Below the pieces are notes generated by a model. It made no database searches. It worked only from the letters and a program-made list of their open reading frames with translations, and was not told the DNA's origin. Source: the human T2T-CHM13v2.0 reference genome, Homo sapiens. From it: 64,000 nucleotides of DNA. Made by a program: the position numbers and the translations under genes. How positions within the stretch are numbered: position 1 is the stretch's first letter; every line of letters starts with the position of its first letter. Positions 39,283 through 64,000 of the stretch are shown in pieces. The DNA is taken from NCBI RefSeq assembly GCF_009914755.1, contig NC_060948.1, one strand, 5' to 3'.

Positions 39283-39853
39283 CTTGCAGTAGCCATTATT
39301 CAAAAGTGGCATCCCAATGAAACACACCATCTGTTAAGAGCTGGTATAATCCCCTTCAACACTGAAATTGAGCTGGCTATGTGTAACAAATAGAATGTAG
39401 TAAAAGTAACAGTGAGAAACATCCAAGGCTAGGTTATAGTAAACCTTCTAGCTTCTGCATTGATATCTGGCAACATATTACCTGACAGAAGCCAGCCACC
39501 ATGCAAGAATTGACAACTTGAAAGCTCTTTGCAGTAACAAAGCTCAAGCCAGCCATGTGGAGAGTCCGGAGAGGAAGAATAAGATGCCTAGCCAATTCTC
39601 ATGTCTTCCCAACATCCCAACTAAAACGTTAGCCATGTGAGTGAAAAAGTCGCCTTGGACATGCAGTCCAGTCTGACCTTTGGATGCCTCCATCTCCAGT
39701 TATACACTGTACTTCAACTACATGAGAAACTCTAAACAAGAGTCACCCAGCTAAGCCCAGTAAACACACAGAAATAAAGGAAATGACAACAGATAACTAT
39801 TTCATTTCAAGTCACGAAGTCGCATTTTATGCAGCAATTAGATAACTGATACA
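39283..39853 (+). mobile_element. MLT1 (G/H-like) MaLR LTR
   Basis: 'aatagaatgtagtaaaagtaac', 'gaagccagccaccatg', 'gccatgtgagtgaa'; ends 'gcagcaattagataactgataca'. Confidence 0.75.
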
Positions 39854-40719
39854 TTAATTTTTGGTTTTGAATCTGAACGTGTAAAGGTAGTTTTTATTCA
39901 CCTTTTTTCACTATAGGATTTTGAGCTTTACAAACAGTTTTCAGTGTAAAATAAGACATGAAATATTAGAAACCTTAACAGAAGGCCATGGATAATGAAG
40001 GAATGACCAGAGGGAATTAGAGAAAAGTGACATAAAAGTCTGATGGGGTCCAAAGGAAAGAGGGATTGAAAGAAGGGAAGTCCACAGGGAATGATTACTA
40101 ACAGATTAGTAACAGGTAGGCATAGCCCTGTAAGTAGCTCATAGAATCTTGAAAGAAGGTCAAACTGTTTAAGAAGTAGGTGAGGTTAGTCTGAAATTTT
40201 CCACTCCAGCTTGACTTTGTATTGGTTGTAAGAAATGACTTGAGCCTAAAGAAAATAATTATTCTACCTGTCTGTGGAATTTTATGTTTGAACAAAAATC
40301 AGATTCTTTTTCAGTAATAAACAAGATTGTCCATTTTTCCCTTTGTATTAATAGCAGAATGAAAAACAAGCAAAAAGCCAAGGAACCTTTCTACTGCAAT
40401 AAGTTCTTATTCCTATTTTACACTGTCTCTAACCTTCTGGCAAAGATGCCACACCATACATTAAATATGTGATAAGAGTTAAACAGTTATTTTATTAAAA
40501 CTAGAGTTAAAAATCATTGTATTAAAATTATTTACCAATTTAATCCAGTTTCATATCTAGCTTTAGAAAAACAAATTTCAAGAAGAAACTGAAGTGCACA
40601 AAATGTTTGGATTTTTGTTTTGTTTTACTTAAAAAGAAAGAAAGCACAATACATGATTGCTCTATGAGAAAATTAAATGTATCATTTACAATATTAAAAT
40701 TTTAATAAAAACTATTCTT

Positions 40720-41265
40720 CTTTACAGTTTATTAGTGTTATTGATACATAATAATTGTATATATTTAAGGGGTACATGTGATATTTAGATCCATGCATAT
40801 AATGCATAATGTTTAAATCAGGGTATTTAGCATATACATCACCTCCAACATTCATTATTTCTTTGTGTCAGTTTGTCATAGCATAACTAAGATGAAGACC
40901 TTGTGTTTCTGGAATGGAGAAAATCTGCATTCAGAGACAGACTAGTGATTTCTGTGCTGGTGTTTATTAATATCTTTCCAATTGTATCAATTCCTCTTAT
41001 CAACTCAATTGCATCAATTCCAATTCTTTCAATTCCTGTTAAAGTATATTCCTCAAAAATAAAAAAAATAAATTTTCTCTTCTAGCTATTTTGAAATATG
41101 CAATAAATTATTGATAGCTATAGCCTCCCTGCTGTGCTATAAAACAATAGAACTTATTGCTTCTGTCTAATTATGTCTGTATCCATTAGCCAAAATCTCT
41201 TGATTCTCCTGTGCTTCCTACCCTTCCTAGACTCTGATAACCACCATTCTACTCTCTACTTCCAT
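40720..41265 (-). mobile_element. L1MA-type 3' end with an orphan internal insertion
   Basis: 'ttgatacataataattgtatatattta.ggggtacatgtgatattt' and 'ctcttctagctattttgaaatat'; non-L1 sequence at ~40869-41075. Confidence 0.8.
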
Positions 41266-48397
<7,132 letters not shown>

Positions 48398-48550
48398 CTC
48401 TACTTCCATGTTTAAAAAACATTTAGAAAGAAAATAGATTATAAAAAGAGAGTGTTTACTGAAAAAGCAAGATGTTTTCAAAAACAAGTTTATCATGTAG
48501 GAAACTGGCAATAAGTAAATAATTTTAAACCATATAATTGAAAAATGTGC

Positions 48551-48583
<33 letters not shown>

Positions 48584-49334
48584 CCCTACAATTCCCATGA
48601 TCTGACTTCTGATTCTGAATAACATGTTTGTAGTTTCAGGCCAATAGTACCACCACAACAAGTAGAAACAGCCTGATAAATTACAAAACATATTTTTAAA
48701 GGAATCAGAGATGTAAAAGCAAGGATAAGTAAGCGAACTAAAATATATTTTTTAAAAGGTGTGGGAGGCATTTTCTGGGATGAGTTGATTATCTCCAGTT
48801 ATTACTTCCCTGGGAGTATACCTATTCTCTGTGTACCAAATGTATCCGACTTTCCCAGGTTGCAAACTACCCTAGGCAGAATGCCCCTGCTAACAGGAAA
48901 ATCAGAAAAGCTTTCTGTGGTTCTTTGCAGCTGGCTAATATGGCAAATTGAACAATTAAAGAAACCAAAACACAAAGTCAAGATTCAATATGAGACATTT
49001 CCTTAATTCTGGTGCAGTGCAGGTGGCTAGAAAACTAAGCAGAAAGTTTCTAAAAGGCAGAAAAAAGTCTTCCTGATTTTTCTGGGCTTAGGAAATAAAT
49101 ACATTCTCCAAGTATATGGCCGTGTGCCAGTACTGAATCAATCAGAGGTAAGAATTTAGCAAACTAAGCTAGAACATTTAAAGGGCAGAACTAGATTTCC
49201 TAAAGGACCCAGGAGACTAAAACAAATCAAGGTCCCAATCAGAGACCTTTCTAGAAAGACCATGCCTATGACCAGGAAAGACCAGAAGACCAGAAGGTAG
49301 ACTTAGTCTCAGAAACTGAAAACAACTAGCACAT

Positions 49335-51903
49335 TTTTTTTAAGTATTTAACTTTTGTGTGTACATAGTAGGTATATATACTTATGGACTACATGAGATA
49401 TTTTGATATAGGCATGCAAAGTGTAATAATCACATCAGGGTAAATAGGGAATCTATGACCACAAGCACTTATTCTTTGTGTTACAAATAATCCAATTAAA
49501 CTATTTTAGTAATTTTAAAGTGTACAATGAAATTATCTTTTACTATAGTCCACCTGCTATGCTAGGACATACTAGATCTTATTCATTCTTTCAGACTATT
49601 TTTTGTACCCATTAACCATCTCCACTTCCTCTCAACCCCACCCCCACCCCCACCCCACTACACTTCCCAGTCTCTCTTCTCTGTATCCCCATGAGTTCAA
49701 TTATTTTAATTTTTAGCTTTCACAAATAAGTGATAACATGTGAAGTTTACCTTTCTGTGCCTGACTTATTTCAGTTAACATAGTGACCCCTAGTTCCATC
49801 TATGTTGTTGAAAATAACAGGATCTCATTCTGTTTTATGGCTGAGTAGTATTCCATGGTGTAATATATACTACATTTTCTTTGTCTGTTGTTTATCTGTC
49901 CATCTGTTTATCTGTTGATGGACACTTAGGTTGCTTCCAAATCTCAGCTATTGTGAATAGGGCTGCAATGAACATAGAAGTGGAGACATCACTTGGATAT
50001 ACTGATTTCCTTTCTTTTGGGTATATACCTAGGAGTGGGATGTATATACCTAGGAGCTGGAACATATGGTAGCTCTATTTTTAGTTTTCTGGGGAACTTC
50101 TAAACTGTTCTCCCCAGTGGTCGTGCTAACTTACATTCCCACCAACGGTGTATAAGGGTTCCCTTTTCTCTGCAACCTTGCCAGAATTTGTTATTGGCTG
50201 ACTTTTAGATAAAAGCCATTTTAACTGCATTGAGATGACACCTCACTATAGTTTTAATTTTCATTTTGTGATGATCAATGATGTTGAGCACCTTTTCATA
50301 TACCTGTTTGCCTTTTTTATGTCTTCTGTTCAGAAATGCCTATTCAGATTTTTTTTCCATTTTTTAATCAGAGTATTAGAATATTTCCTATAGAGTTGTT
50401 TGAGCTTCTTATATATTATGGTTATAAATCCCTTGTCAAATTGGTAGTTTAGAAATATTTTCTCCCATTCTATGGGTTGTCTCTTCACTTTCTTGAACAT
50501 TTCAAACTGTTTCTTGAAAGTGTTTATTGAAGATACTTTCTTTTTTTCCTTTGCTGTGCAGAAGGTTTTTTAACTAGATGAGAACCCATTTGTTCATTTT
50601 TGCTTTGCTGACTGGTGTTTGTGAGCTACTACTCAAGACATCTTTGCCAAGATCAATGTCCTAGAGAGTTTCTTCAATGTTTTCTTGTAGGAGTTTTATA
50701 ATGTAAGGTATTATATTTAAGTATTTAGTCCATTTTGATTTTATTTTTATATATAGCAAGAGATAAAAGTCTGGTTTCATTCTTCTGCATATGGATATAC
50801 AGTTTTTTTCCAGCAACATTTATGGAGGAGACTGCTCTTTCCCCTATGTATGTTCTTGGTACATTTGTTAAAAATGAGTTCACTGTAGGTGTATGGATTT
50901 GGCTCTAGGATCTTTATTCTGATTCATTTGCCTATGTGTCTGTTTTTATGCCAGTACTATGCCATTTTTATTAATGTAGCTCTGTGGTATAATTTGAGGT
51001 CAGGTAATGTGATTCCTCCAGTTTTGTTGTTTTGCTCAGGATAGCATTGACTATTCCAGGAGGAATTTTGTAGTTCTATATAAATTTTATAATTATTTAT
51101 TTCCCTGAAAAATGTCATTAGTATTTTGATAAGGATTGCATTGGATCTGTAGTTTGCTTTGCATAGCATGACATTTTAATAATATTATTTCAATCAGTGA
51201 ACATGGAATATCTTTCCATATTTGTGTGTCTTCTTCTATTTCTTGCATCAGTGTTTTATAGTTTTTATTGTAGAATCTTTCACTTCTTTGGTTAAGTTTA
51301 TTCCTATGTATTTTATTTTACTTGTAGTTATCGTAAGATTATTTTTTCCATAATGGTCACTGCTGGCATATAGACATTTCAATAATTTTTGTATGTTGAT
51401 GTTGTATCCTGCAACTTTACTGAATGTCTTTCTAATAGTTTTTTGGTGGAGTCTTCAGGTTTTTCCAAATATAAGATCATATCATCTGCAAACAGGGATA
51501 ATCTCACTTCTTCCATTCCAATTTGTATTCCCTTTATTTCCTTCTCTTATCTGACTGTTCTAGCTAGGACTTCAAGGACTATATTATTGAATAACATTGG
51601 TAAAAGTGGGCATCCTTGTCGTGTTCCTGAACTTAGAAAAGGATTTCTGTTTTTACCCATTCAGTATGATACTTGCCATAGGTTTGTCATATATGGCTTT
51701 TATTATGTTGGGGTATGTTCTTTCTGTACCCAGTTTGTTTTTAGAGTTTTTATCATGAAGGGATGTTGACATTTATCACATTTTTTCAGCATCAATTGAA
51801 ATTATTCCTGGTTTTTGTCCTTTATTCCATTGATATAGCATATCATATACATTAATTTTCATATGTTGAACCATCCTTGCATCCCTGGTATAAATCCCAC
51901 TTA
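49335..51903 (-). mobile_element. L1MA-type 3' end and ORF2 3' half
   Basis: 'gtacatagtaggtatatata...aataatcacatcagggtaaat' L1MA 3'UTR; ORF2 remnants (GGITLPDLKLYHRA). Confidence 0.85.
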
Positions 51904-55620
<3,717 letters not shown>

Positions 55621-56625
55621 CTAAACTGCTTTGTTGTGCCTAAAATATGCTGTTATGGTCATCTATTACCATTTTTAAATATTTTCTCATATTTATAATT
55701 TACATTTTTTACTTTTTCAAATCTGTTACATCATTTTTATGATTTACACTTCTTTGCAGATATTTTCATGCTTGTCATATATTTCCTAAATATTGTAAAC
55801 ATAGTTATTTTAAAATTTGAATCAGATAAGTCAACGAAATGAAGTCTTTGTGGACATGTTTCTATTGTTTTATTTTTCTGATACCTCATACATAGCATTC
55901 TGTTTTGTATTCTTTTCTTTTATGTCAATTAGTTTTTGACAGAGAGCTGCTAAAACTCCTTAAAAATAATTGTTGGGATTATTTGAAAGATAGAAAAAAG
56001 GTGGAATTATCTGGATAGGACTTGCATTTACTTCTGCAAGATGTGTTTGGGCACCACCAGTATGGGGGTACTCTGCCTTAATGAAAGGTTTGAGTTTTTA
56101 TGGCTTATCTTGGCAGTATGAACTTGAGGTTAAAATACTTCAAGAAATAGTTTGTGTTTATGATTATGTTTCATTGCCGTTTATTTCAATCTTGCATTGC
56201 TCAGTACCAAAGAAACTTTAGCTGTATGTTTCTAGTAGGTATGTTAATATAACAGAGTTTGTTTCTGGTTGGAAACTGTGTTGATGGCATAGGTATTTGG
56301 CTTTCCAGCTTTGTGAGGAAGGTGTCTTCTGATTCACATCTCATCTTGGTTATGCCTTGGCTTTTGCTTGCAGTGTTCTCAAATCACTCAACATCATAAA
56401 AATACATACTAAATGATGCCAGCTTTGGAAAACAATATTCGAGCAAAAATAGCTCGGTAGTTTTCTTACCATTTTAATGGCTTCATTCACCTGATAAATC
56501 TTTTCTGTCTTGTTTATTCTTCCATGTATTTAAATTTTTTAAAATATTTCATCCAACATCTTTAAATAGTTTCAGTAACAGTGTTAATATGGATACATAG
56601 CTAGTTGTATTACCAGAAATAGGCT

Positions 56626-56670
56626 TTAATTTAAACAGACTTTAATTTAAACAGGGTTTAATTTAAACAA
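56626..56670. repeat. Short tandem repeat (TTTAATTTAAACA core, 3 copies)
   Basis: ctttaatttaaacagactttaatttaaacagggtttaatttaaacaag. Confidence 0.8.
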
Positions 56671-56754
56671 GCTCTGGTATCAAATCAGGAGTTGGTAAGA
56701 TAGGATTAAAAAAACACTTAAACATTTTCTACCAAGGGGAATTTTTCCAATAAG

Positions 56755-56930
56755 ACTCAAAGTGTGTTCTACGAATCATTGCATCTCAATCACCCAAGTT
56801 GATTTTCAAAATGAAAATTCCTGGGTCCAACCCAATAAATACCGAGTAAATAATATCAAGGTATGGATCCCAGGAATCTATATTTTTGTCAACCACCATA
56901 AGTAATTCATAGGGGACAAAAATGTAAGGC
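56755..56930. mobile_element. MER5-family MITE remnant
   Basis: 'aaaatgaaaattcctgggtccaaccc...cccaggaatctatattttt'. Confidence 0.6.
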
Positions 56931-57879
56931 CCATCATTTACAGCTAAAATTTAAATGAATTACTTTCTCTTTTAATATTTTCATTGAAACAAAATACAAG
57001 ACAGAACCAATCCTTGATGAGAACAGTATTTCATATGTCTAAATCATGGTTCTGGACTTGACAAGAAAGAAAAATAGGTATAGAATTGCCACTTTAATGA
57101 AAAGTTAATTTCCACATAATTAGAGGAGTGTAATTCATTATTGAGGTATGAATTAATAAAACTAGTAAGTGATATTATATATTCAAAGACACCAGATATT
57201 TTTATTATTCAATGATATTTTTAATAAGGGGTTGAATTTGGACAGTAGACAAACTTCTAACCACATAGCAGAGCACTGTGGAGAAATTCACTTGGCATGC
57301 CAAAGAATAAATATCTTTCACCTTTGTGAAGAGCCTGTAAGAAATTCTGACAAGGCAAACCTCAGGATGCAGTCTTTCTCCCTGCAAATAAATGGCTGCA
57401 GCTGTGCTGTCCATCCATGTGCCTTTTACCTGCTGAGTCTCTGTGTCTGATATTGCACTGGCCATTTTAAAGGCAGCTTTTCTATAAACTGAGTGTAAGT
57501 TATATTTCAGAGGACTTTACATTTCTCTTTCTGGTTACTAAAAGCTAAATTACTATTTCAAATCAAAATTATTATTTTAGATGGTGGTAGGCAAAAGGAA
57601 TATGCATGAAAGGAAACATCTTTTATAGGGAGTTGAAAATGAATAATAAGAGATAGCTTTAATCAGATGGGAGTCTATGGATTTAGACTCTTTAAAATCA
57701 TTACTTTTCCACAAATGATTTTAAAGTTTTGACTTATCAATTATGGTTCTTCATGTCATAAAACTAATATCAATTTGAATCAGAGAAACATGATTGACTT
57801 GGTAACTTCTTTTTTTTTTTAAGTCGGGCCTTTAGTTTCTGAGTCTTTTTTTTTTTCCTATTCTGTCATGAACTTTAAA

Positions 57880-59910
57880 ATTTTTTTTCTTATTTCCAAA
57901 GGTTTTTGGGAAACAGGTAGTAGTTGGTTACATCAGTAAGTTGTGGTGATTTGTGAGATTTTGGTGAACCCATCACCTGAGCAGTATACACTGTAGCCAA
58001 TTTATAGTCTTTTATCACTCATCCCCCTCCCCTACATTCCCCCAAGTCCCCAAAGTCCACTGTATCATTCTTATGCCTATGCATCCTCATAGCTTAACTC
58101 TCACTTATGAGTGAGAACATATGATGTTTCGTTTCCCATTCCTGAGTTACTTCACTTAGAATAGTGGTCTCCAATTCCATCCAGGTTGCTGTGAATGCCG
58201 TCACTTCATTCCTTTTAAATGGCTGAATAGCATTCCATTATATATATGTATATCACAATTTCTTTATCCACTCATTGATTGATGGACATTTGGGCTGGTT
58301 ACATATTTTGGCAATTGTGAATTGTGCTGCTATAAACATGCCTGTGCAAGTATCTGTTTTGTATAATGACTTCTTTTACTCTGGGTAGATGCTGAGTAGT
58401 GGGATTGCTGGATCAAGTGGTAGTTCTACTTTCAGCTCTTTAAGGAATCTCCACACTGTTTTTTAATAATGTTTGTACTAGTTTACATTTCCACCAGCAG
58501 TGTAAAAATATTCCCTTTTCACTGCATCCCCAACAACATCCATTATTTTTTTATTATGGCCATTCTTGCAGGAGCAAGGTGGTTTTGCGCATTGCGGTTT
58601 TGATTTGCATTTACCTCATCATTAGTGATGCTGAACATTTTTTCATATGTTTGTTGGCCATTTATATATCTTCTTTTGAGAATTGTCCATTCATAATTTT
58701 TTATGGGATTGTTTGTTTTTTCCTTGCTAATTTGTTTGAGTTCTTTAAAATTTTTTTTTTAAATTATACTTTATGTTCTGGGATACATGTGCAAAATGTG
58801 CAGGTTTGTTACATAGGTACACACGTGCCATGGTGATTTGCTGCACCCATCAACCCATCATCTACATTAGGTATTTCTCCTAATACTATCCCTCCCCTAG
58901 CCCCTCACCCCCTCAACAGGCCCCAGTGTGTGATGTTCCCCTCCCTGTGTACATGTGTTCTCATTGTTCAACTTCCACTTATGAGTGAGAACATGCAGTG
59001 TTTGGTTTTCTGTTCTTGTGTCAGTTTGCTGAGAATGATGGTTTCCAGCTTCATCCATGTCCCTACAAAGGACATGAACTCATCCTTTTTTATGGCTGCA
59101 TAGTATTCCATGGTGTATATGTGCCACATTTTCTTTATCCTGTCTATCATTGTTTGAGTTATTTGTAGATTCTCGATATTAGTCCTTTGTTGGATGTATA
59201 GATTGTGAAGATTTTCTTCCACTCTGTGAGTTGTCTGTTTACTCTTCTGACTGTTTCTTTTGCCATTCAGAAACTTCTTAGTTTAATTAAGTCCCACCTA
59301 TTTTTCATTGTTTTTGTTGCATTTGCTTTGGGGTTCTTGGTAATGAATTCTTTGCCTAAGCCAACGTCTAGAAGGGTTTTTTGATGTTGTCTTCTAGAAT
59401 CTTTATGGTTTCAGGTCTTAGATTTAAGTCCTTGATCCATCTTGAGTTGATTTTTGTATAAGGTGAGAGATAAGGATCAAGTTTCATTCTTCTATATGTG
59501 GCTTTCATGTAATTCCAGCACGATTTGTTGAATAGAGTATTATCTCCCCATCTTATTTTTTTGTTTGCTTTGTTGAAGATCAGTTGGCTGTAAGTATTTG
59601 GCTTTATTTTTGGGTTCTCTATTCTGTTCCTTTGGTCTCTGTGCCTATTTTTATACCAGTATCATGCCGTTTTGGTGACTGTGGCATAGTTTGAAGTCAG
59701 ATGCCTCCAGATTTGTTCTTTTTGCTTAGTCTTGCTTTGACCGTGCAGGCTCTTTTGTTCCATATAAATTTTAGGATTGTCTTTTCTAGTTCTGCGGAAA
59801 ATGACAGTGGTATTTTGATGGGGATTGCACTGAATTTGTAGACTGCTTTTGGCAGTATGGTCATTTTCACAATATTGATTCTACCCATCCATGAGCATGG
59901 GATGTGTTTC
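57880..59910 (-). mobile_element. 5'-truncated L1PB with nested L1PA
   Basis: L1PB 3'UTR ('ttgtgagattttggtg.acccatcacc'); ORF2 remnant ([18 protein letters not shown]). Confidence 0.88.
58745..59149 (-). mobile_element. Short L1PA7/8-like 3' end nested in L1PB
   Basis: L1PA 3'UTR; TSD TTGTTTGAGTT at 58732-58742 and 59150-59160. Confidence 0.9.
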
Positions 59911-60124
59911 TTTAACTTGATAACTTCTATCATCCACAAGTGGGAAAGATAGCAGTAGTTAGAAATTGTGTTTAAAGAAAATGGGGGGCCTCTGCAAATT
60001 GAATATTAGCGTTCTTCAAGCCTGTAATTTTAGACATTTGGGTAAATCTGATCAGACTCTTGATATAGATAGATAGATGAAATAAATATTGATAAAGATA
60101 TACAGATAAGTAGATACAGATAAG

Positions 60125-61935
60125 AAGCTTAGTTTAGCTGGACATTAAATTCTTGGTTGGAATTTAATTTTTGATGCTCAATGTAGGCCCACAATCTCTC
60201 CTTGTTTGTAGGATTTCTGCTAACTGGTTTGCTGTTAGCCCGATAAGGTTCCCTTTGTAGGTGATCTGTCCCTTCTCTCTAGCTGCCTTTAGTATTTTTA
60301 CTTTTGTGTTGACCTTGGATAATCTGATGACTAGGTGTCTTGGGGATGGTTATCCCATAACCTGTGTCTCACAGGGGTTCTCTGCATTTCCTGAAATTGA
60401 AGGTTGACCTCTCTAGTAATGTTGGGGAAATTTTCATGGACAATATCCTCAAATATTTTTTTCAAGTTTCTTGCTCTCTTTCCCTCTCTTACAGGGATGC
60501 CAATGAGTTGCAGGTTTGGTCTCTTTACATAATTTCATATTTCTCAGAGGTTTTGCTCATTGATTCTTATTTTTTCTTTATTTTTGTCTGACTGAGTTGA
60601 TTTGAAGAACTTGTCTTTGAGCTCCAAGATTCTTTCCTCAGCTTGGTCTATTCTGTTGTTCATACTTCCAGTTATATTATGGCATTCATGTAGTGAATTT
60701 TTAGCTCTAGAAGTTTAGTTTGGTTCTTTCTTAAAATGGCTATTTCATCTTTCAGCTCTTATATTGATGTATTAAATTCCTTATGTTTCTTTGATTGGGT
60801 TTCTACTTTCTCCTGAATTTTGATGATCTTTGTTCCTATCCAGGTTCTGAATTCTATGTCTCTTATTTTAGCCATTTCCACGTGGTTGAGAACTATTTCT
60901 GGGGTGCTAGTGCAGTCCTTTGGAAGTAAGAAAACACTCTAACTTTTTGAGTTGCCAGAGTTCTTACACTGGTTCTTTCCCATCTGTGTGGGCTGATGTT
61001 CCTTTAATCACTGAAGGCATCAGGGTGTACTGGTTGTGGTGGTGGCTCTGTGTGTTCCAAGTGCACAATAGTGGAGGCGGAGCAGCAGTTCAACATAACC
61101 ACTCATGCATGCCAGTGGCAATGAGACAGTCCACATATACGCACTGACAGAGCAGTGGAGGGGACTGTGGGTGAGTATGTTCCAGCAAAGCAATAGGGAG
61201 AGGCTTCTGGTGGGTGGGGGCATGTTTGTTGGGGCCTGTCAGCTGAAGCTCTCTTACAGTTATGAAAGGTCTGCTAGTGAAGGAGCTGTGGTGGCAGCTG
61301 CCAGGAAGCACTCCTGTTGAGTGTTCAAGGCTACAATGCTAGTGGGCATGGCTAGGCATGATCCCTGAGAGAGGCTGGCAGACAGGGAGGTGCTCAGGTC
61401 ATACTGGCCCCATCTCATCGGCAAGACTACCCTGTTTTATTCCAAGTCCAATAGTCAACAAAAGCCAATCTCACCTAGAAAAGCATGGCAAGCCTTGGGG
61501 AACGGGCATTCCTGGCCATGTTCATCTGCAGCCATTCCTTCGCCAAACCATCTGGGCTCCAGACAGTCTGGAGTCCTGTCCCTGATACTTCTTAAAGCAG
61601 CCCTCCCTTTCAGGTCAAATATCCATGGGGCTTATCAGATCTCCTGCAGCTAGGATTCTACAAGTCTGTGGTCAGATTGGACCACTTCTCGCCTGTTTAA
61701 CTCATCCCTTTCCCAAGAGCTGTTTGGGACCAGGAACTAGTCCTGGTGTTTGTCAGCCTCATGCAGGGTTCTCAGCTTTCTCCTCTTTCAGTCCAGAGTC
61801 TGCATTCTCCTTCTGTCCACTCTCAATGCCCTTCTTCTGAAGATCTGCTTGGAGTATGCTGATCTTCTCGATGGTCTGGTATTTTGGTGAGAGATGCTCT
61901 TCCTGGTTGCATCTAGTCAGCCATCCTGGCTTTTG
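60125..61935 (-). mobile_element. L1P 5' region (ORF1 and 5'UTR remnant)
   Basis: 'aagcttagtttagctgga', 'gaccttggataatctgatgact'; 5' terminus-like 'tctagtcagccatc'. Confidence 0.75.
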
Positions 61936-61941
61936 TCTCCA

Positions 61942-62082
61942 TTTTTTTTTGTTTTTATTTTTAGTAGAGACAAAGTCTTGCTATGATTCCTAGGATGTTC
62001 TAGAACTACTGAGCTCAAATAATCCTCCTGCCTCAAGCTCCCAAAGTGCTGGGATTACCGGCATGAGCCACCACACCAAGCC
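61942..62082 (-). mobile_element. FLAM / AluJ left monomer
   Basis: Single Alu left arm with 'ctcaaataatcctcctgcctc...cccaaagtgctgggattac'. Confidence 0.85.
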
Positions 62083-62639
62083 AAGACTTCTTAATAATGT
62101 GTTTTACAGTTATTCAAAATTATTTTCTAGTAGAAAGATGTAGATTACAAGTTTTTATATTTATTTGGTCTTAAAACATTTGTAATACTTTCTGTCTGGT
62201 TCACTATGGGTTAAATATGAATAAAATTAGGTATTTATAAAATATTTTCTAATGAAAAATGAAAATATAGAAAGTTAGGGAGTGGAATCTGATATTTAAA
62301 CACTGAGGATTTGTGAATATGTTCTTATAATGAACTCAAGTTTTCTAATGTGGTTCTTTGGGAAATAATGCCAGTGTTATGTCAAAATATTAAGCCTGTG
62401 ACATAATCAGTGTCCTTTCATTTGGAGTGATATTTCAATATATACTTACTTGTAATATTCCAACCTATTTTCCAGTCAGCCTTTTTAGTTAAAAGCGTTA
62501 TCAACTTACTCAACTTTCCTTAAAAATAAAGACAAAAAATCAAAATCTTACATTGCCATATTATCATGTTACATCTCCCCTTCCCTTCACATTCAAAACT
62601 TTTAAAAAGTATGATCTAGAATTGGTTTTCATTTTCTTA

Positions 62640-63660
62640 CAAACTGTTTCTTTGTTCCTCATTATCGAGTTTTCATTCAAAATGAAAGTGCCTTTCTTGC
62701 AGGTAATTGGTTATCTCCTAACTGTCAAGACCAAATGCTTCTTCTCAATCCTCGCTGGGTATTTGACACTGTTCATCAACACCATTGTAAACACTATCTC
62801 ATTTTTAAAAATCTTTTTTCTTCCTCTTCACAATAACGTTATGACGTACAGGCTGATGACTACCACATCTATAATTCTTGCCCTGCTTCCTCTTTCAAGC
62901 TCTAGACTCATTTTCAACATATGGCATGGCATGTGTCTCCTTGTGAATATGCCGCTAGGATCCCAAACCTGACATTTCTAATACCAAACTTATCTGAGTC
63001 ACCAAACCTGTTCTTCCTCTTGTGGTCCTACTCCTTGTTATTTCAGTTCTCACCTTTAAAATAACATGCTTTAAAAATAACATATTAGAAATTTCAAAAT
63101 CATTGTAACTCTTTCCTTTCATTCCACATTCATTTAATTGAAAGACCTTCTAATCATGCTTCCACCATGTTTTCATATCTTTTCTTTCCTATCCATGGTC
63201 ATATGTCACACCTTTATTAATTCTTGCCCAGAGTGTTACCAAAGCTCCCAATTATTTCTGCTTTCTCTATTATTTTTCTAGGGTTATTCTCAACAGGTAA
63301 GGTTATGCCACTACTCAGCTCAGAAATATTTTGAGTATATTCACTATGCAGGAAATTGCATCAATACGTCATAGCAAAGCATTCAAGGTGTCCTGGCCGT
63401 ACAAACTTTCCAGTCTCATTTTCTATTATATCCTTCTATGTTACTTGTGTTCTGGCCACAATGATCTCTTTATCCATAGCTTCATGCTCAATATTCGATG
63501 CCCCAGAAATCATATTCAACCTTCAAGGTTCAGCTAGAATATTACCATTTTCATGAAGCTTTCTGTTAAAAATCAATTTTTTCTTCTCTATATTCCTATA
63601 ACACTTTTACCTCGGGTATAATACTTACTCTTCTTTATACTTTGATAGTTGGTAGAATAT
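62640..63660 (+). mobile_element. L2 LINE remnant
   Basis: Pyrimidine-rich degenerate L2 motifs ('atttgacactgtt', 'ctctagactcat', 'ccaaacctgttcttcct'). Confidence 0.6.
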
Positions 63661-63918
63661 CTAAAACAGAAAAGAAACAAATCAGTGTACTATAAAAAGT
63701 GTGTATACACTGAACGACATTTGATTATCTAGAATTGAAAGGCTTTAACAATATGTACTATTTGTGTAGGGAAGCATTTAATGTTACACTAACAGACAAA
63801 GAAGTAGAACATGAAATTGAGAAAGATGGCAAATGTTTTAGGAATCTTGCCTATGAATCAGCTTCTAACCAAGTTCATGGTGACAAAGTAATCATTACTG
63901 TTCAAATGTTTTGTTTCT

Positions 63919-64000
63919 GGCCAGGCATGGTGGCTCATGCCTGTAACAGCACTTTGGGAGGCCAAGTCAGGTGGCTCACTTGAGGTCAAGAGTTGGAGAA
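63919..64000 (+). mobile_element. Alu 5' end (cut by window edge)
   Basis: ggccaggcatggtggctcatgcctgtaa. Confidence 0.9.

Noticed and set aside
57169-57482. Overlapping ORFs and splice-like signals in unique DNA (MASAISDTETQQ|GTAAAA)
   Set aside because: Weak acceptor, no recognisable homology, ambiguous frame.

Overview
Primate (very likely human) AT-rich, repeat-dense non-coding DNA, intronic or intergenic; no prokaryotic-type system, CRISPR array, RNA gene or recognisable protein-coding gene is visible. The supplied ORFs are degenerate L1, Alu, LTR or low-complexity translations. Contents: many L1 copies, including a full-length L1PB with TSDs at 41.3-48.4 kb and a near-full-length L1MA lacking its RT domain nested inside a Ricksha MULE transposon; about nine Alu/FLAM copies; solo LTRs (LTR1, MER50, LTR9, MLT1); MER44/Tigger7, MER5, MIR and L2. 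The most notable unexplained structure is a largely repeat-free island at ~10.9-16.7 kb. It holds a ~365-bp locus-specific inverted duplication (14112-14479 vs 15512-15878), a pair of + strand exon-like segments whose spliced frame stays open, and a periodic CAGGTG E-box cluster. Family and subfamily names come from recalled consensus sequences, not database searches; coordinates of old repeats are approximate.
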